Program-made: the position numbers and the translations under genes
The notes under the pieces: model-generated
What the model saw: only the letters and a program-made list of their open reading frames with translations
The model's database searches: none
What the model was told of the DNA's origin: nothing
NCBI GenBank assembly: GCA_030591565.1
Contig: JAUVAU010000001.1
Location: forward strand, 174,677-238,676
Reading direction: 5' to 3'
Origin: Deltaproteobacteria bacterium
GTDB lineage: Bacteria > Desulfobacterota > Deferrisomatia > Deferrisomatales > BM512
DNA length: 64,000 bases
In this document: positions 8,927 to 18,833 of the stretch, in pieces
Layout of the letters: every line of letters starts with the position of its first letter
How positions within the stretch are numbered: the first letter of the stretch is position 1

Positions 8927-10711
8927 ATGTCCAAGAAAATAGTGGTTGATCCCGTAACCCGCATCGAAGGCCATCTGCGCATCGAGGCGGTTGTGGATAA
9001 CGGCAAGATTGTAGATGCCTGGAGTTCTTCCACGATGTGGCGTGGAATTGAAAACATCCTCAAGGGGCGCGATCCCCGTGAAGCATGGTACTGGACCCAG
9101 CGCTTTTGCGGTGTGTGCACGACCGTGCACTCCATAGCCAGCATCCGCGCGGTAGAAGACGCTATCGACGTCACCGTGCCGCTAAACGCGGAGCTCATCC
9201 GTAACATCATCATGGGTATCCAGTCCGTGCAGGATCATGTGATCCATTTCTACCACCTGCATGCGCTCGACTGGGTGAACATCGTCGGCGCGCTCAGCGC
9301 AGACCCCAAGAAGACCTCCGATCTGGCAAGCGCCATTGGCAACAAGTATGGCAAGATTCTCGGTGTGGCGCCGTACGCCAAGAACAGCGCCGACTACTTC
9401 GCCACCGTGCAAAAACGTGTTGGCGAGTTCGTCAACAAGGGCCGCCTGGGTCTGTTTGCACCCGGCGAAATCTGGAGCCATCCTGCCTACAAGCTGCCAA
9501 ATGAAGCCAACTTGATGGCCGTCGCCCATTACCTGGAGGCTCTCGATTGGCAGAAAGAAATCATTAAAATCCATGCGATTCTGGGCTCCAAGAACCCCCA
9601 CCCCCAGTCCTTTCTGGTGGGCGGCATGTCGATCCCGGTCGATCCCAACAGCCAGAACGCGATCAACGCTGACAAGATCGCCCACATCAAGCAGCTGCTG
9701 AAACAGGCTGCGGACTTCGTCAAGCAGATATACATCCCCGATCTGCTGGCGATCGCGCCCTTCTACGTTAAAGAAGGCTGGGCCGGTATCGGCGGAGGCC
9801 AGGGTGAGTTCGATTTCCTCTCCTTTGGCGATTTCCCCACCGAAGCGGGACAGAAACGCGAAAACTTCTGGCTGAAACCCGGCCTGGTTAGCCTGAAGGA
9901 TGGCGATATCAAGCTCCTGCCGGTCAATCCCGACGACATCAGCGAATTTGTCACCCACTCCTGGTACAACTACGATGGCGGCGACGACAAGGGGCTCCAT
10001 CCCTTCGACGGCGAGACCACCGAGAACTACACTGGCCCCAAACCTCCATACAAAGAGCTCAACACTGGGGAGAACGACAAGTACTCCTGGGTGAAGGCTC
10101 CCCGCTATGCAGGTCGCCCCGCCGAGGTCGGCCCGCTGGCGCGTATGCTGGTCGGTTACCTGCAGGGACAGAGCGAGATCAAGGGCCTTGTCGATCTGGT
10201 GCTCTCCGATCTCAGCGCTTCCACCGGCATCAAGGTGGGCGTGCCGCACCTCTTCTCCACCCTGGGCCGCACCGCAGCGCGTGGCATCGAGACCCTCATC
10301 ATGGTCGACAAGACCTCCGAGTGGGTCGACATGCTGGTCGCCAATATCAAGGCGGGTGACTTGCGTGTCCACGCCGGCGAGAAGTGGGACCCCTCCGATT
10401 GGCCCTCAAAGTGCAAGGGTGTGGGTTTCCACGAAGCGCCCCGCGGAATGCTGAGCCATTGGATCAACATCGAAGATGGCAAGATCGCCAACTACCAGGC
10501 GGTCGTGCCCTCGACCTGGAATGCGTCGCCCCGCGATGCAACGGGACAGCGCGGACCCTACGAAGCGGCCCTTATCGGGACACCGATTGCCGATGAAAAT
10601 CAGCCGCTGGAGATTCTGCGCACGATCCACTCCTACGATCCGTGTCTGGCCTGCGCCGTGCACGTGCTCGATACGGAAGGCAACGAGATAACCAGGGTCA
10701 AGGTCCTTTAG
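8927..10711 (+). CDS. hyaB: [NiFe] hydrogenase large subunit
   Basis: 594 aa with RIEGH, N-terminal RFCGVC and C-terminal DPCLACAVH, followed by a 15-aa extension removed by the maturation protease. The distal ligand is Cys, so this is not a Sec-type enzyme. Confidence 0.95.
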   Translation: MSKKIVVDPVTRIEGHLRIEAVVDNGKIVDAWSSSTMWRGIENILKGRDPREAWYWTQRFCGVCTTVHSIASIRAVEDAIDVTVPLNAELIRNIIMGIQSVQDHVIHFYHLHALDWVNIVGALSADPKKTSDLASAIGNKYGKILGVAPYAKNSADYFATVQKRVGEFVNKGRLGLFAPGEIWSHPAYKLPNEANLMAVAHYLEALDWQKEIIKIHAILGSKNPHPQSFLVGGMSIPVDPNSQNAINADKIAHIKQLLKQAADFVKQIYIPDLLAIAPFYVKEGWAGIGGGQGEFDFLSFGDFPTEAGQKRENFWLKPGLVSLKDGDIKLLPVNPDDISEFVTHSWYNYDGGDDKGLHPFDGETTENYTGPKPPYKELNTGENDKYSWVKAPRYAGRPAEVGPLARMLVGYLQGQSEIKGLVDLVLSDLSASTGIKVGVPHLFSTLGRTAARGIETLIMVDKTSEWVDMLVANIKAGDLRVHAGEKWDPSDWPSKCKGVGFHEAPRGMLSHWINIEDGKIANYQAVVPSTWNASPRDATGQRGPYEAALIGTPIADENQPLEILRTIHSYDPCLACAVHVLDTEGNEITRVKVL

Positions 10712-10729
10712 AGGAGAGGGAGGCACACC

Positions 10730-11374
10730 ATGAAAGCCGTAAAAGTTTGGGAGTTCCCCGTCCGAGTCATTCACTGGACGAACTTCCTGGCGATCGTGGG
10801 CCTTTGCGTCACCGGCGCATATATCCATTGGCCCTATCTTGCCACATCATTGGCTCTCGATGCCTGGACCATGAACACCGCCCGTTTTGTACACCTCATC
10901 TGCGGATGGACGCTGATGCTGGGTGTAGTGGGCAGGTTCGCCTGGGCTCTTATCGGGAATGAATACGCTTCGCTGAAAAGCTTTTTCCCCTTCCTTACCG
11001 TCAAGGGAAGAAGCGATCTGGTCGGCGTGGCGAAATACTACTCCTTCATGTCCAAGAGGCTTCCGCCCAACCTTGGGCATAACGCACTGGCGGCCATAGC
11101 CTATCTGGTCATGTTCATACTCATGGCCTTTCAGGTGGTCACCGGGTTTGCCATGTGGGCACAGTACGATCCTTCGGGTACCGCGTTCAAACTGTTCGGG
11201 TGGGTTTTCGATATCGCCTCCAACAGCTACGTGCGCCTCGCCCATTACTTTACGATGTTCGTTTTCTTTGCTTTCTTTATCAACCACATCTACGCGATGT
11301 GGATAGCGGATATCGCAGAGAAGGATGGCACGGCAGGGAGTATGTTTAGTGGATACAAGTACGGAGAAGAGTAA
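10730..11374 (+). CDS. hyaC: Ni/Fe-hydrogenase b-type cytochrome subunit
   Basis: 214 aa with four predicted TM helices and N-terminal motif VRVIHWTNFLAI. Its position after the large subunit fits this role. Confidence 0.85.
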   Translation: MKAVKVWEFPVRVIHWTNFLAIVGLCVTGAYIHWPYLATSLALDAWTMNTARFVHLICGWTLMLGVVGRFAWALIGNEYASLKSFFPFLTVKGRSDLVGVAKYYSFMSKRLPPNLGHNALAAIAYLVMFILMAFQVVTGFAMWAQYDPSGTAFKLFGWVFDIASNSYVRLAHYFTMFVFFAFFINHIYAMWIADIAEKDGTAGSMFSGYKYGEE

Positions 11375-11852
11375 CCGTACCTTGGTTTTGGGTCTGGGCA
11401 ACCGGGTGATGACCGATGATTCGGCGGGTCTGTTTGCTCTGGAACAATTCAAAGACAAATTCGATCTGCCCCAGGGTGTCGATCTGATGGATGGCGGCAC
11501 TCTGGGGCTCGATCTTCTCTACTACATCGAGGACTACGATTCAGTGCTCATCGCCGACTGCGTCATGGTTGGTCAGGAGCCTGGTACCGTGGTCAAGGTG
11601 GAGTCGGAAGATATCCCCACATTTTTTGCCCGCGCCCTTTCTCCTCACCAGATGGGCATCAAGGATCTGGTCAGCGTGCTTGATCTGCAAGGCCGTATGC
11701 CCGAGCCGTTGGCGGTGGTCGGTGTTCAGGGCGTTTCAATTGAGCTGGGGACCGAGCCTGTCGCGGTGGTCATGGCTGCGATACCCAGGATGGTCGATGC
11801 GATGGCAGAGCTGCTCCGCTCCTGGGGGCATGAGATAAACGAGAAACAATAA
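11325..11852 (+). CDS. hyaD: Hydrogenase maturation endopeptidase
   Basis: Carries the motif LVLGLGNRVMTDDSAGL. The start is uncertain and could be the in-frame GTG at 11349. The gene overlaps the 3' end of the cytochrome gene. Confidence 0.8.
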   Translation: MARQGVCLVDTSTEKSNRTLVLGLGNRVMTDDSAGLFALEQFKDKFDLPQGVDLMDGGTLGLDLLYYIEDYDSVLIADCVMVGQEPGTVVKVESEDIPTFFARALSPHQMGIKDLVSVLDLQGRMPEPLAVVGVQGVSIELGTEPVAVVMAAIPRMVDAMAELLRSWGHEINEKQ

Positions 11853-11882
11853 CGTAGGCCACAAAAAAATAAGCATAAAAAA

Positions 11883-11917
11883 AGCACTGAGGCCAATTGG
11901 CTCCAGTGCTTTTTTAT
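11883..11917. terminator. Bidirectional rho-independent terminator
   Basis: AGCACTGaGGCC-aatt-GGCtCCAGTGCT is flanked by an A-run and TTTTTT. It sits between the convergent hydrogenase operon and the lipoprotein gene. Confidence 0.7.
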
Positions 11918-11953
11918 TGTTGAGTGTAAAGCGCTTGTCCTGGCGCTTTAGGA

Positions 11954-12721
11954 TTACTCTTTTGTTAGCTTCGCATCCTGGATGATCACCGGGAATTGGT
12001 AGCCGGAACCGATGTCAATGTCCTTGGAGAGGATGCCCTTGACCACGACGATATCGCCTACTGCTGCGATGTCATTGCTGGTGATAGTCAGGTCATTGGT
12101 GCCCTGTGCGCCACTGCCATCGCGAACGTGAAGCCAGTTGGTGCCCATGATGCCGCCCGAAAACTTCACGACCTTGGCGCGGATGGAGACTTCTTTACCC
12201 GCCAGTTCAGCGGTCTTGGTGAAAGTCTCTTCAACGGTGACGCCGCCTTCAACCTTCTCAATGTTGCCGATTTCGGTATCCTCAATAACGGTGGCGGGGT
12301 GGGCCATGGGCTGCTGGGGGGGTGTGTCGCCGTGGACGTTTTCCATGGTCATGGCGCCGCGGGGCACCATGCTGGAGACGAAGTAGATCTTGTCAAAGGT
12401 GCGGTCAAGCTCAACGCTCTTGTAGTCAAGTTTTTCGACCGGATCTTTGAAGGCGACTGCTTCACCGATGTTGAGCGCCATCTGGGGGGCCGCTACCCAC
12501 CACTGCTTGCTGTCGAGCTCGACGAGAACGTAGGAGTTACCGTCGCCATCGACGATCTCCTTGATTACGCCAACCGCCGGTAGCGCTGCGGGGGCGGTGG
12601 ATGGCGCTTCAACTTTAGCCTCGGCTGCGGGGGCGGGTGCTTTGTCTTCGGAACAGCCGGAAAGCCAGAACAGGGGTGTCAGCGCAAGAACTGCACAGAT
12701 CAATTTGAACTTCATTGTCAA
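11954..12721 (-). CDS. Lipoprotein of unknown function
   Basis: 255 aa with a signal peptide and lipobox LSGC. The mature part looks like two beta-rich (OB-like) halves. No family was recognised. Confidence 0.6.
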   Translation of the reverse strand: MTMKFKLICAVLALTPLFWLSGCSEDKAPAPAAEAKVEAPSTAPAALPAVGVIKEIVDGDGNSYVLVELDSKQWWVAAPQMALNIGEAVAFKDPVEKLDYKSVELDRTFDKIYFVSSMVPRGAMTMENVHGDTPPQQPMAHPATVIEDTEIGNIEKVEGGVTVEETFTKTAELAGKEVSIRAKVVKFSGGIMGTNWLHVRDGSGAQGTNDLTITSNDIAAVGDIVVVKGILSKDIDIGSGYQFPVIIQDAKLTKE

Positions 12722-12979
12722 AACTCCTCATCAAGTGTTTTACGCCGTAGATTTTTTGGCGCATATACATTTTCTGGTGCATATACTATTCATGAAAAAC
12801 GAGAACGCATTCTAGCCTAGATGGGAAACAAAATCCACCTTGTACGGCAAGCCTTTTGCGGTATGGCATTCAGATATTTTTGGGGGCGATTTCCCAGGGT
12901 GCGGCCCAATAAATTGACTATGGTCCTGGAGTGGTATATACCTAAAAATATTGTGTTTTATAATTTTTTTTGAGGGGAT

Positions 12980-13771
12980 TTGAAGTTGCGTATCTTCAAG
13001 GTCATAGCAGAAGATTTCCTGTTTTACATGGCAATGGCTGGTCGCATGACCATCTTTTTTTTCCGCGCCATCGCCGCTGCGGCCACTCCACCATACAAAA
13101 TAAGCGAGATAATCAGGCAGCTTGACTTCATCGGCGCGCGCTCGATGTTCGTCATCCTCTTCACCGGTCTGTTCACTGGGATGGTCCTTGGACTCCAGGG
13201 CTATCACCTGCTGAAAAACTATGGCTCGGTGGCTGCCCTGGGGGCTGGGGTGGGTCTTAGCCTTGTGCGCGAGTTGGGGCCGGTGCTGACCTGTCTGATG
13301 GTCATCGGCAGGGCGGGCTCGGCGATGTGTGCGGAGATCGGCATCATGCGAAACTCCGAGCAGATAGATGCCTTGGAGTGCATGGCGATTGACCCGGTGC
13401 GCTTTCTTATCGCTCCCAAGTTCATTGCCACGCTGATTTCGGTACCGTTATTGATCTGCATTTTTGGTGTGATAGGGATTTTTGGCGGCTATATCGTGGG
13501 CGTGCAGATCTTCGATGTTAGCTGGGGCGGTTACTTCCAGAGCTTGTATGACTCGGTGGGATGGGATGACCTGCGGATGGGTCTGTGGAAATCCCTGGTC
13601 TTTTCCCTGTTGATCGTCTGGATCAACACCGGCAAGGGTTACTTCCTGCACATGGAGCGTGACGGCGGCTTTGGCGCTGAGGGGGTCAGCCGCGCCACCA
13701 CCGGGGCGGTTGTGCTCTCCTCCGTGTCGATACTGGTAATGGATTACCTTATTAACGCCTTGATGATTTGA
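12980..13771 (+). CDS. mlaE: MlaE-family ABC transporter permease
   Basis: 263 aa, multi-TM with an MlaE-like pattern. It uses a TTG start and is the first gene of the mlaEFD-vacJ cluster. Confidence 0.85.
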   Translation: MKLRIFKVIAEDFLFYMAMAGRMTIFFFRAIAAAATPPYKISEIIRQLDFIGARSMFVILFTGLFTGMVLGLQGYHLLKNYGSVAALGAGVGLSLVRELGPVLTCLMVIGRAGSAMCAEIGIMRNSEQIDALECMAIDPVRFLIAPKFIATLISVPLLICIFGVIGIFGGYIVGVQIFDVSWGGYFQSLYDSVGWDDLRMGLWKSLVFSLLIVWINTGKGYFLHMERDGGFGAEGVSRATTGAVVLSSVSILVMDYLINALMI

Positions 13772-14574
13772 AGCTGGACGGGAGCCTTTATTTGAGCAGC
13801 GAAGAAATCGTCATAGAATTCCAGGGGGTCGAAAAAAGTTTCGGCGAGCAGCTAGTGCTCGACGGAATCGACCTGACGGTGATGAAGGGCGAGACGCTCG
13901 TGATCGTGGGTGCGTCGGGCCAGGGCAAGAGCGTCATCCTGAAGCACATGCTCGGCTTGATGAGCCCGGATGGCGGCAAGGTCAACGTGCTTGGCAAGGA
14001 TATCACGAAAATAGGCCGACGGGAGTTGACCGAGGTGCGCAAGCGGTTTGGGGTGCTCTTCCAGAATGCCGCGCTCCTCGACTCCATGAGCGTTTTTGAT
14101 AACGTGGCCCTGCCGGTGAGGGAGCGGACCGATTACACTGAAGGTGAGATAGCAAAGCTCGTTATGGACCGGCTGGAGATGGTGGACCTGGAGGGCGCGG
14201 GTGATAAATACCCTGCCCAGCTTTCCGGCGGCATGCGCAAACGCGCCGGTCTGGCGCGGGCTCTTGTGCTGGACCCCGAGGTGGTCTTCTTCGATGAGCC
14301 GACCACCGGGCTGGATGTGCATAAATCCAATGAGATATACAGACTTTTCAGGAAGACGCGGGACAGGCTCGGTTATACGGCGGTGATAGTGAGCCATGAC
14401 GCGCCAAAGATATTCAAGCTCGCCGACAAGGTGGCGCTATTGGCCGAGAAGAAAATTCAGGTGCTTTTGCCACCCGAGAAATTTCAGTTATGTGACAATC
14501 CCACTGTGCGCAGCTTCGTCCTGGCAACGATGGGGCCGGTATATGACAGCGCGCGCGAGGAGGTTATGGCTTAA
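13768..14574 (+). CDS. mlaF: MlaF-type ABC transporter ATP-binding protein
   Basis: Walker A GASGQGKS, signature LSGGMRKR and Walker B VVFFDEP. It overlaps mlaE by 4 nt. Confidence 0.9.
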   Translation: MKLDGSLYLSSEEIVIEFQGVEKSFGEQLVLDGIDLTVMKGETLVIVGASGQGKSVILKHMLGLMSPDGGKVNVLGKDITKIGRRELTEVRKRFGVLFQNAALLDSMSVFDNVALPVRERTDYTEGEIAKLVMDRLEMVDLEGAGDKYPAQLSGGMRKRAGLARALVLDPEVVFFDEPTTGLDVHKSNEIYRLFRKTRDRLGYTAVIVSHDAPKIFKLADKVALLAEKKIQVLLPPEKFQLCDNPTVRSFVLATMGPVYDSAREEVMA

Positions 14575-15026
14575 TGGAGAAATGTAAAACTCAGATCGCC
14601 GTGGGGATATTCATCACCATCGGCTTCGCAAGCTTCGCCTTCATGGCGGTAAAGCTGGGTACGGTTTCCTTTATGAGGAGCGACCATTACCGGGTATCTG
14701 CGCGTTTCGATTCGGTATCGGGACTGAAACCCGGCGCGCACGTCGAGGCCGCAGGGGTTCGCGTGGGCGAGGTGGAGTCGATCAAGATCGACACCGAGAC
14801 CTTCGAGGCGGTGGTGCGCATGGCCATAAGGCCCAGCCTGAAGGTGCCCGCTGACTCCATCGCCTCCATCCGCACCTCGGGCATCATCGGCGACAAATTC
14901 ATCAAGCTCACCCCCGGCATTGAAGAGGATATGCTGGAGGAGGGGGCCGAGATCTTTGACACCGAGAGTTCGGTTAGTCTGGAAGAACTCGTCAGCAAAT
15001 ATATCTTCGAAAGCGACAAGAAGTAA
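14574..15026 (+). CDS. mlaD: MlaD (MCE-domain) protein
   Basis: 150 aa with an N-terminal TM anchor followed by an MCE-like domain. It is start/stop-coupled to mlaF. Confidence 0.85.
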   Translation: MEKCKTQIAVGIFITIGFASFAFMAVKLGTVSFMRSDHYRVSARFDSVSGLKPGAHVEAAGVRVGEVESIKIDTETFEAVVRMAIRPSLKVPADSIASIRTSGIIGDKFIKLTPGIEEDMLEEGAEIFDTESSVSLEELVSKYIFESDKK

Positions 15027-15028
15027 CA

Positions 15029-15907
15029 ATGGCGCACGCGAGGCTGTTTTTTGCGGTGCTGTTTGTGGCGTGCCTCATGTTGGCGGGATGCGGTGGGTCA
15101 CAGGTCAAAGCGGAGGTTGAAGGGGAGCGCGCCGTTACGGAATCGGTTCGGAGCCAGGCTGATACGGATGGAGTTGCGGCAGGGGTGGACGATGAACCCG
15201 CTGCCCAATTTGACGACGAATTTGACGAGGAATTTGACGATGAGTTTGACGACCCCTTCGCCGAAGAGGAGGGGGGGGGCGACGACAGCAGTATCACCGA
15301 AATAGCGGACCCCTTTGAACCGCTCAACCGGGGCACCACCTGGGTTAACAATCAGCTGTTCCTCTACATATTGAACCCGCTGGTAAAGGGGTACAGGTTC
15401 GTCATACCCGAGCCGGCGCGCCACTCCATCAAGAATTTTTTCACCAATATTACCACCCCCGTGCGCGTTGTAAGCGCCGCTCTCCAGTTTAAATTTGAGG
15501 ATGCGACCACCGAAACGCTACGTTTCATCACCAACTCGACGGTGGGGATTTTCGGCCTCTTCGACGTCGCCAGGGATTATGGCGGGCTGAGTAAAAAAGA
15601 TGAGGATATGGGCCAGACGCTGGGCCACTATGGCGTGGGCAACGGCTTCTACTTCGTGCTCCCGCTGCTGGGGCCAACGACGCTGCGCGATGGCGTCGGC
15701 AAGCTTGTCGATACCTTCATTATCGACCCCACCAACTATCTGGGGTTCCAGACCCTTGAGAACGTGGTCTACGTGGGAGCTGACAAGATGAACGCCCTCT
15801 CGTTCGAGGCGGATTCAATCGAAGCGATAATCAAGCAATCCATCGACCCCTATCTGACTATGAAGAATGGATACCTGCAGCTGCGCGCCGCCAAGGTCGC
15901 CAAGTAG
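15029..15907 (+). CDS. mlaA: MlaA/VacJ-family lipoprotein with an acidic low-complexity insert
   Basis: Has lipobox LAGC and a VacJ-like core (EPLNRGTTWVNN...). An insert DDEFDEEFDDEFDDPFAEEEGGGDD follows the signal peptide. Confidence 0.8.
   Translation: MAHARLFFAVLFVACLMLAGCGGSQVKAEVEGERAVTESVRSQADTDGVAAGVDDEPAAQFDDEFDEEFDDEFDDPFAEEEGGGDDSSITEIADPFEPLNRGTTWVNNQLFLYILNPLVKGYRFVIPEPARHSIKNFFTNITTPVRVVSAALQFKFEDATTETLRFITNSTVGIFGLFDVARDYGGLSKKDEDMGQTLGHYGVGNGFYFVLPLLGPTTLRDGVGKLVDTFIIDPTNYLGFQTLENVVYVGADKMNALSFEADSIEAIIKQSIDPYLTMKNGYLQLRAAKVAK
15209..15256 (+). repeat. Tandem repeat, 4 x 12 nt (TTTGACGANGAN), inside mlaA
   Basis: The units are tttgacgacgaa / tttgacgaggaa / tttgacgatgag / tttgacgacccc, encoding (FDxE)n. 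A G9 run follows at 15271-15279. Confidence 0.9.
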
Positions 15908-15937
15908 GGTTTTTCCAATTTAAAGGGAGCATTTGAG

Positions 15938-16525
15938 ATGAAAGCGTTGGGCAAGTTCGGACGGTTGTCTGTTTTGGTGGCGGGCCTGCTCGCTGTGTCA
16001 CTCCTGGCCCACGCCTCGGGAGTCACCATCTCGGGCGGAGAGCATGACACCGCCAGCGACTACATTGCAAACGGGATCGCCACCAGGGTCAGCCGCCTGG
16101 CCGATGGCGTGACGATGAAGGCCGTCTCCTCCGACGAAGCTGATTTTTCCGTAATCTCCGCCTCCGGGTTGTCCGGCGCGGGAGCGGCAGTCCGCGTAGT
16201 TTCATACCTCTACACAACGCAGCCGGAAACCACAGGGGAGAGTGATGAAGCGCCCGCCAGGGGCGAAGCCGTCTTCCTCGTCGCTGGAGAAAAAGTCCCC
16301 GCCGACACCGTACACAGGGTGCTCACCGTTGTTTTCGCCGAGGAGGGTTTGGCCTATCTGGCAAAGGTCGCGACCATCACCTCCTCGCTGCAAGTGAAGG
16401 ATGGGCTAAAGGGAGTCACCACCCCCATCCACCCCGGAGCCGAGAGGTTCTGGCGGGAGCAGTCACTTCCCACAACTCCGGGCCTCGTACCTGCCGCACC
16501 AAAACCCGCCCCGGCCAAGCAGTAG
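15938..16525 (+). CDS. Short exported protein resembling the TAXI-family TRAP solute receptors
   Basis: 195 aa with a signal peptide and a C-terminal ...TPIHPGAERFWREQ motif like TAXI proteins. By recollection it is much shorter than typical family members. Confidence 0.45.
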   Translation: MKALGKFGRLSVLVAGLLAVSLLAHASGVTISGGEHDTASDYIANGIATRVSRLADGVTMKAVSSDEADFSVISASGLSGAGAAVRVVSYLYTTQPETTGESDEAPARGEAVFLVAGEKVPADTVHRVLTVVFAEEGLAYLAKVATITSSLQVKDGLKGVTTPIHPGAERFWREQSLPTTPGLVPAAPKPAPAKQ

Positions 16526-16532
16526 CTCCATC

Positions 16533-17294
16533 CTATTTGTTTGTCGGCGCTATGGGAGTTCTTGCCAGCGCGGCCACCCACACCTCCCCGGCCCCTGCCC
16601 GCTTCAATATCCTTGCGCACGCGCCGACGGTCGCCGACGAGGTGACCACATCATCCACCAGCAGGACCCTTCCCCCCACTTTCTCCTTCGCTGCGTAGAG
16701 TCCCTTCACTGCTTTTCTGCGCTCAGTCAATTTGAGTTTCGCCATCCGCTCACCCCGCCTTGTCCTTTCAAGCGCCATCGGTCTCCACTGCACCCCCCAG
16801 TGTTTCGAGAGGCGGCGCGACAGGAGCGCCGCCAGGTCGAACCCCCGTGAAGCGAGCGTGGTCGGGTGGCAGGGGACCGGTACTACATGGTCGAAGGTGG
16901 GGTGATCCTCCCAGTCATTGCAGCCATGCAGGAAGATGGTTTCCAGGGGTGCGCGCACATGCAGCTTTCCCTTGTATTTGAAGTTATGGATGAGTTTGCG
17001 CATCCCGCCGGTGAACTCGGTGCAGGCGTGGACTTTCTTGTAGGGCTGGGTCGCCAGGGAGCAGCGCGAACAGGTGTGACCGTCGCCGACGCCTTCAAAG
17101 GGTAAAGCGCATACGTCGCAATGGTTTTCGCGAAGGGTTTTTATCGTGGAAGAGCAGCTTGTACAAAAAGAGGAGTCAGGGTCCAAGGGTGGCGCAGAGC
17201 AGAGCAGACACGCCGGGGGCCAGAAGAGATCGGCGACTCCCCAGAGCAGCTCCTTGATGAATCTGTTTTCTTTTGGCCCCCCCGAACCGTTCAT
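16533..17294 (-). CDS. comF: ComF-family protein (phosphoribosyltransferase domain)
   Basis: 253 aa with N-terminal Cys clusters and the PRTase motif VLLVDDVVTSSAT. Confidence 0.8.
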   Translation of the reverse strand: MNGSGGPKENRFIKELLWGVADLFWPPACLLCSAPPLDPDSSFCTSCSSTIKTLRENHCDVCALPFEGVGDGHTCSRCSLATQPYKKVHACTEFTGGMRKLIHNFKYKGKLHVRAPLETIFLHGCNDWEDHPTFDHVVPVPCHPTTLASRGFDLAALLSRRLSKHWGVQWRPMALERTRRGERMAKLKLTERRKAVKGLYAAKEKVGGRVLLVDDVVTSSATVGACARILKRAGAGEVWVAALARTPIAPTNK

Positions 17295-17298
17295 TAGC

Positions 17299-18831
17299 TC
17301 ACTCGATCAATGACTGGCCGGTCATCTCCGGCGGCTTGTCGATGTCGATAATTTGCAGCAGGGTTGGGGCGATATCGGCGAGGATGCCCCCCTCCCGGAG
17401 CGTCGCGTTGCGGTTTCTGGGGTCGGCGAGGATCAGCACCACCCGGTTCAGAGTGTGCGCCGTCATCGGCTGGCTTGAGCTGCCATCCCACATCTGCTCC
17501 GCGTTGCCGTGGTCGGCGGTTATCACCACCGCGTAGCCGTTTTTGTGAAGGACCTCCACCAGCTCCCCGACGCAGGCATCCACGGTGCGCACCGCCTTTT
17601 TGGCGGCGTCCATGTTTCCGGTGTGGCCCACCATGTCCATGTTGGCGAAGTTGACGACGATCACGTCATGCAAGCCGCCCTCGACCTCTTCGATCAACCG
17701 GTCGCGCACGGTGAAGGCGCTCATTTCAGGTTTCTGGTCGTAGGTCTCCACTTCGCGGGGGCTGGGGATGAGGATGCGTTTCTCACGCGGGTAGGCTTGC
17801 TCAATGCCGCCGTTGAAGAAGAAGGTGACGTGGGCGTACTTTTCCGTCTCGGCGATGCGCAGCTGGGTAAGCCCCTCGTCGCTCAGCACCTCGGCCAAAA
17901 TCCCCAGCAACTCTACCGGTGGAAAGGCTACCGGCAGGGAGAAGTTCTGGTCATATTCGGTGAAGCAGACATAGTCCGAAAGTGCGGGACGCCTGGAGGT
18001 GTCGAAGTCGTCGAAGGATTCATCGGTGAACGCCCTGGTTATCTGCCGTGCGCGGTCCGCCCTGAAGTTGATGAAGACAATTGCGTCGGAGTCACGGATA
18101 AGACCCACTGGCTTTCCCTTCTCCGTGATGACCCTTGGCGTGACGAACTCGTCGGTCTCGCCCTCATCGTAAGCTGTCGAAATCGCCTCGGCCCCGCCGG
18201 CAGCCGTTGGGCCAACGCCTCGCACCAGCGCATTGTAAGCGGTCTCGATCCTCTCCCACCGGGTGTCGCGGTCCATGGCGTAGTAGCGCCCCCCCACCGT
18301 CGCGACGCGTCCCAGCCCTTTTTCCTCCAGCACTTTTTCAAGGGCTTCCATATAGCCGAGTCCGCTGCTGGGCGGGGTATCGCGTCCGTCGAGAAAGGCG
18401 TGTACGAAGAGCTGCTCGACCCCCTGCTGCCTGGCAAGCTCAACCATGGCGTAGAGGTGCGTGTTGTGGCTGTGTACCCCGCCATCGCTCACCAGCCCCA
18501 TTATATGCAGCGCGCCGCCTTTTGACTTTTCGCAGGCGGAAATCAGCTCTTGATTTCGGAAGAATTCGCCATTCTCGATTGAGAGGTTTATGCGGGTGAA
18601 ATCCTGATAGACGACACGCCCTGCACCGATGTTGAGGTGGCCGACCTCCGAGTTGCCCATCTGTCCCTCGGGCAGCCCCACGCTCATGCCCGAGGTGCCG
18701 ATGGTGGTGCAGGGGAACTCTTCACACAAAAGGTCCAGCCGGGGCGTCCCGGCTGCGGCCACGGCGTTGAACTCAATACTATCGCTATGGCCCCAACCAT
18801 CCAGGATGATAAGAGCAGCGCGTCTGGTCAT
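17299..18831 (-). CDS. gpmI: 2,3-bisphosphoglycerate-independent phosphoglycerate mutase
   Basis: The start was taken at the internal [15 protein letters not shown]. The iPGM pattern runs throughout. The longer ORF-track start at 18915 would overlap lapB. Confidence 0.9.
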   Translation of the reverse strand: MTRRAALIILDGWGHSDSIEFNAVAAAGTPRLDLLCEEFPCTTIGTSGMSVGLPEGQMGNSEVGHLNIGAGRVVYQDFTRINLSIENGEFFRNQELISACEKSKGGALHIMGLVSDGGVHSHNTHLYAMVELARQQGVEQLFVHAFLDGRDTPPSSGLGYMEALEKVLEEKGLGRVATVGGRYYAMDRDTRWERIETAYNALVRGVGPTAAGGAEAISTAYDEGETDEFVTPRVITEKGKPVGLIRDSDAIVFINFRADRARQITRAFTDESFDDFDTSRRPALSDYVCFTEYDQNFSLPVAFPPVELLGILAEVLSDEGLTQLRIAETEKYAHVTFFFNGGIEQAYPREKRILIPSPREVETYDQKPEMSAFTVRDRLIEEVEGGLHDVIVVNFANMDMVGHTGNMDAAKKAVRTVDACVGELVEVLHKNGYAVVITADHGNAEQMWDGSSSQPMTAHTLNRVVLILADPRNRNATLREGGILADIAPTLLQIIDIDKPPEMTGQSLIE

Positions 18832-18833
18832 CT

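Noticed and set aside
7584-10372. Long antisense ORFs opposite the hydrogenase genes (7584..8813, 409 aa; 9182..10372, 396 aa).
   Set aside because: These are shadow ORFs typical of high-GC coding regions. Their translations are Arg/Gly/Ala/His-rich with no motifs, whereas the sense-strand products are unmistakable hydrogenase subunits.
8927-10711. Possibility that the hydrogenase is a [NiFeSe] enzyme, given that selB is in the window.
   Set aside because: The C-terminal ligand motif is DPCLACAVH, with TGC/TGT Cys codons and no in-frame TGA. This is an ordinary [NiFe] large subunit.
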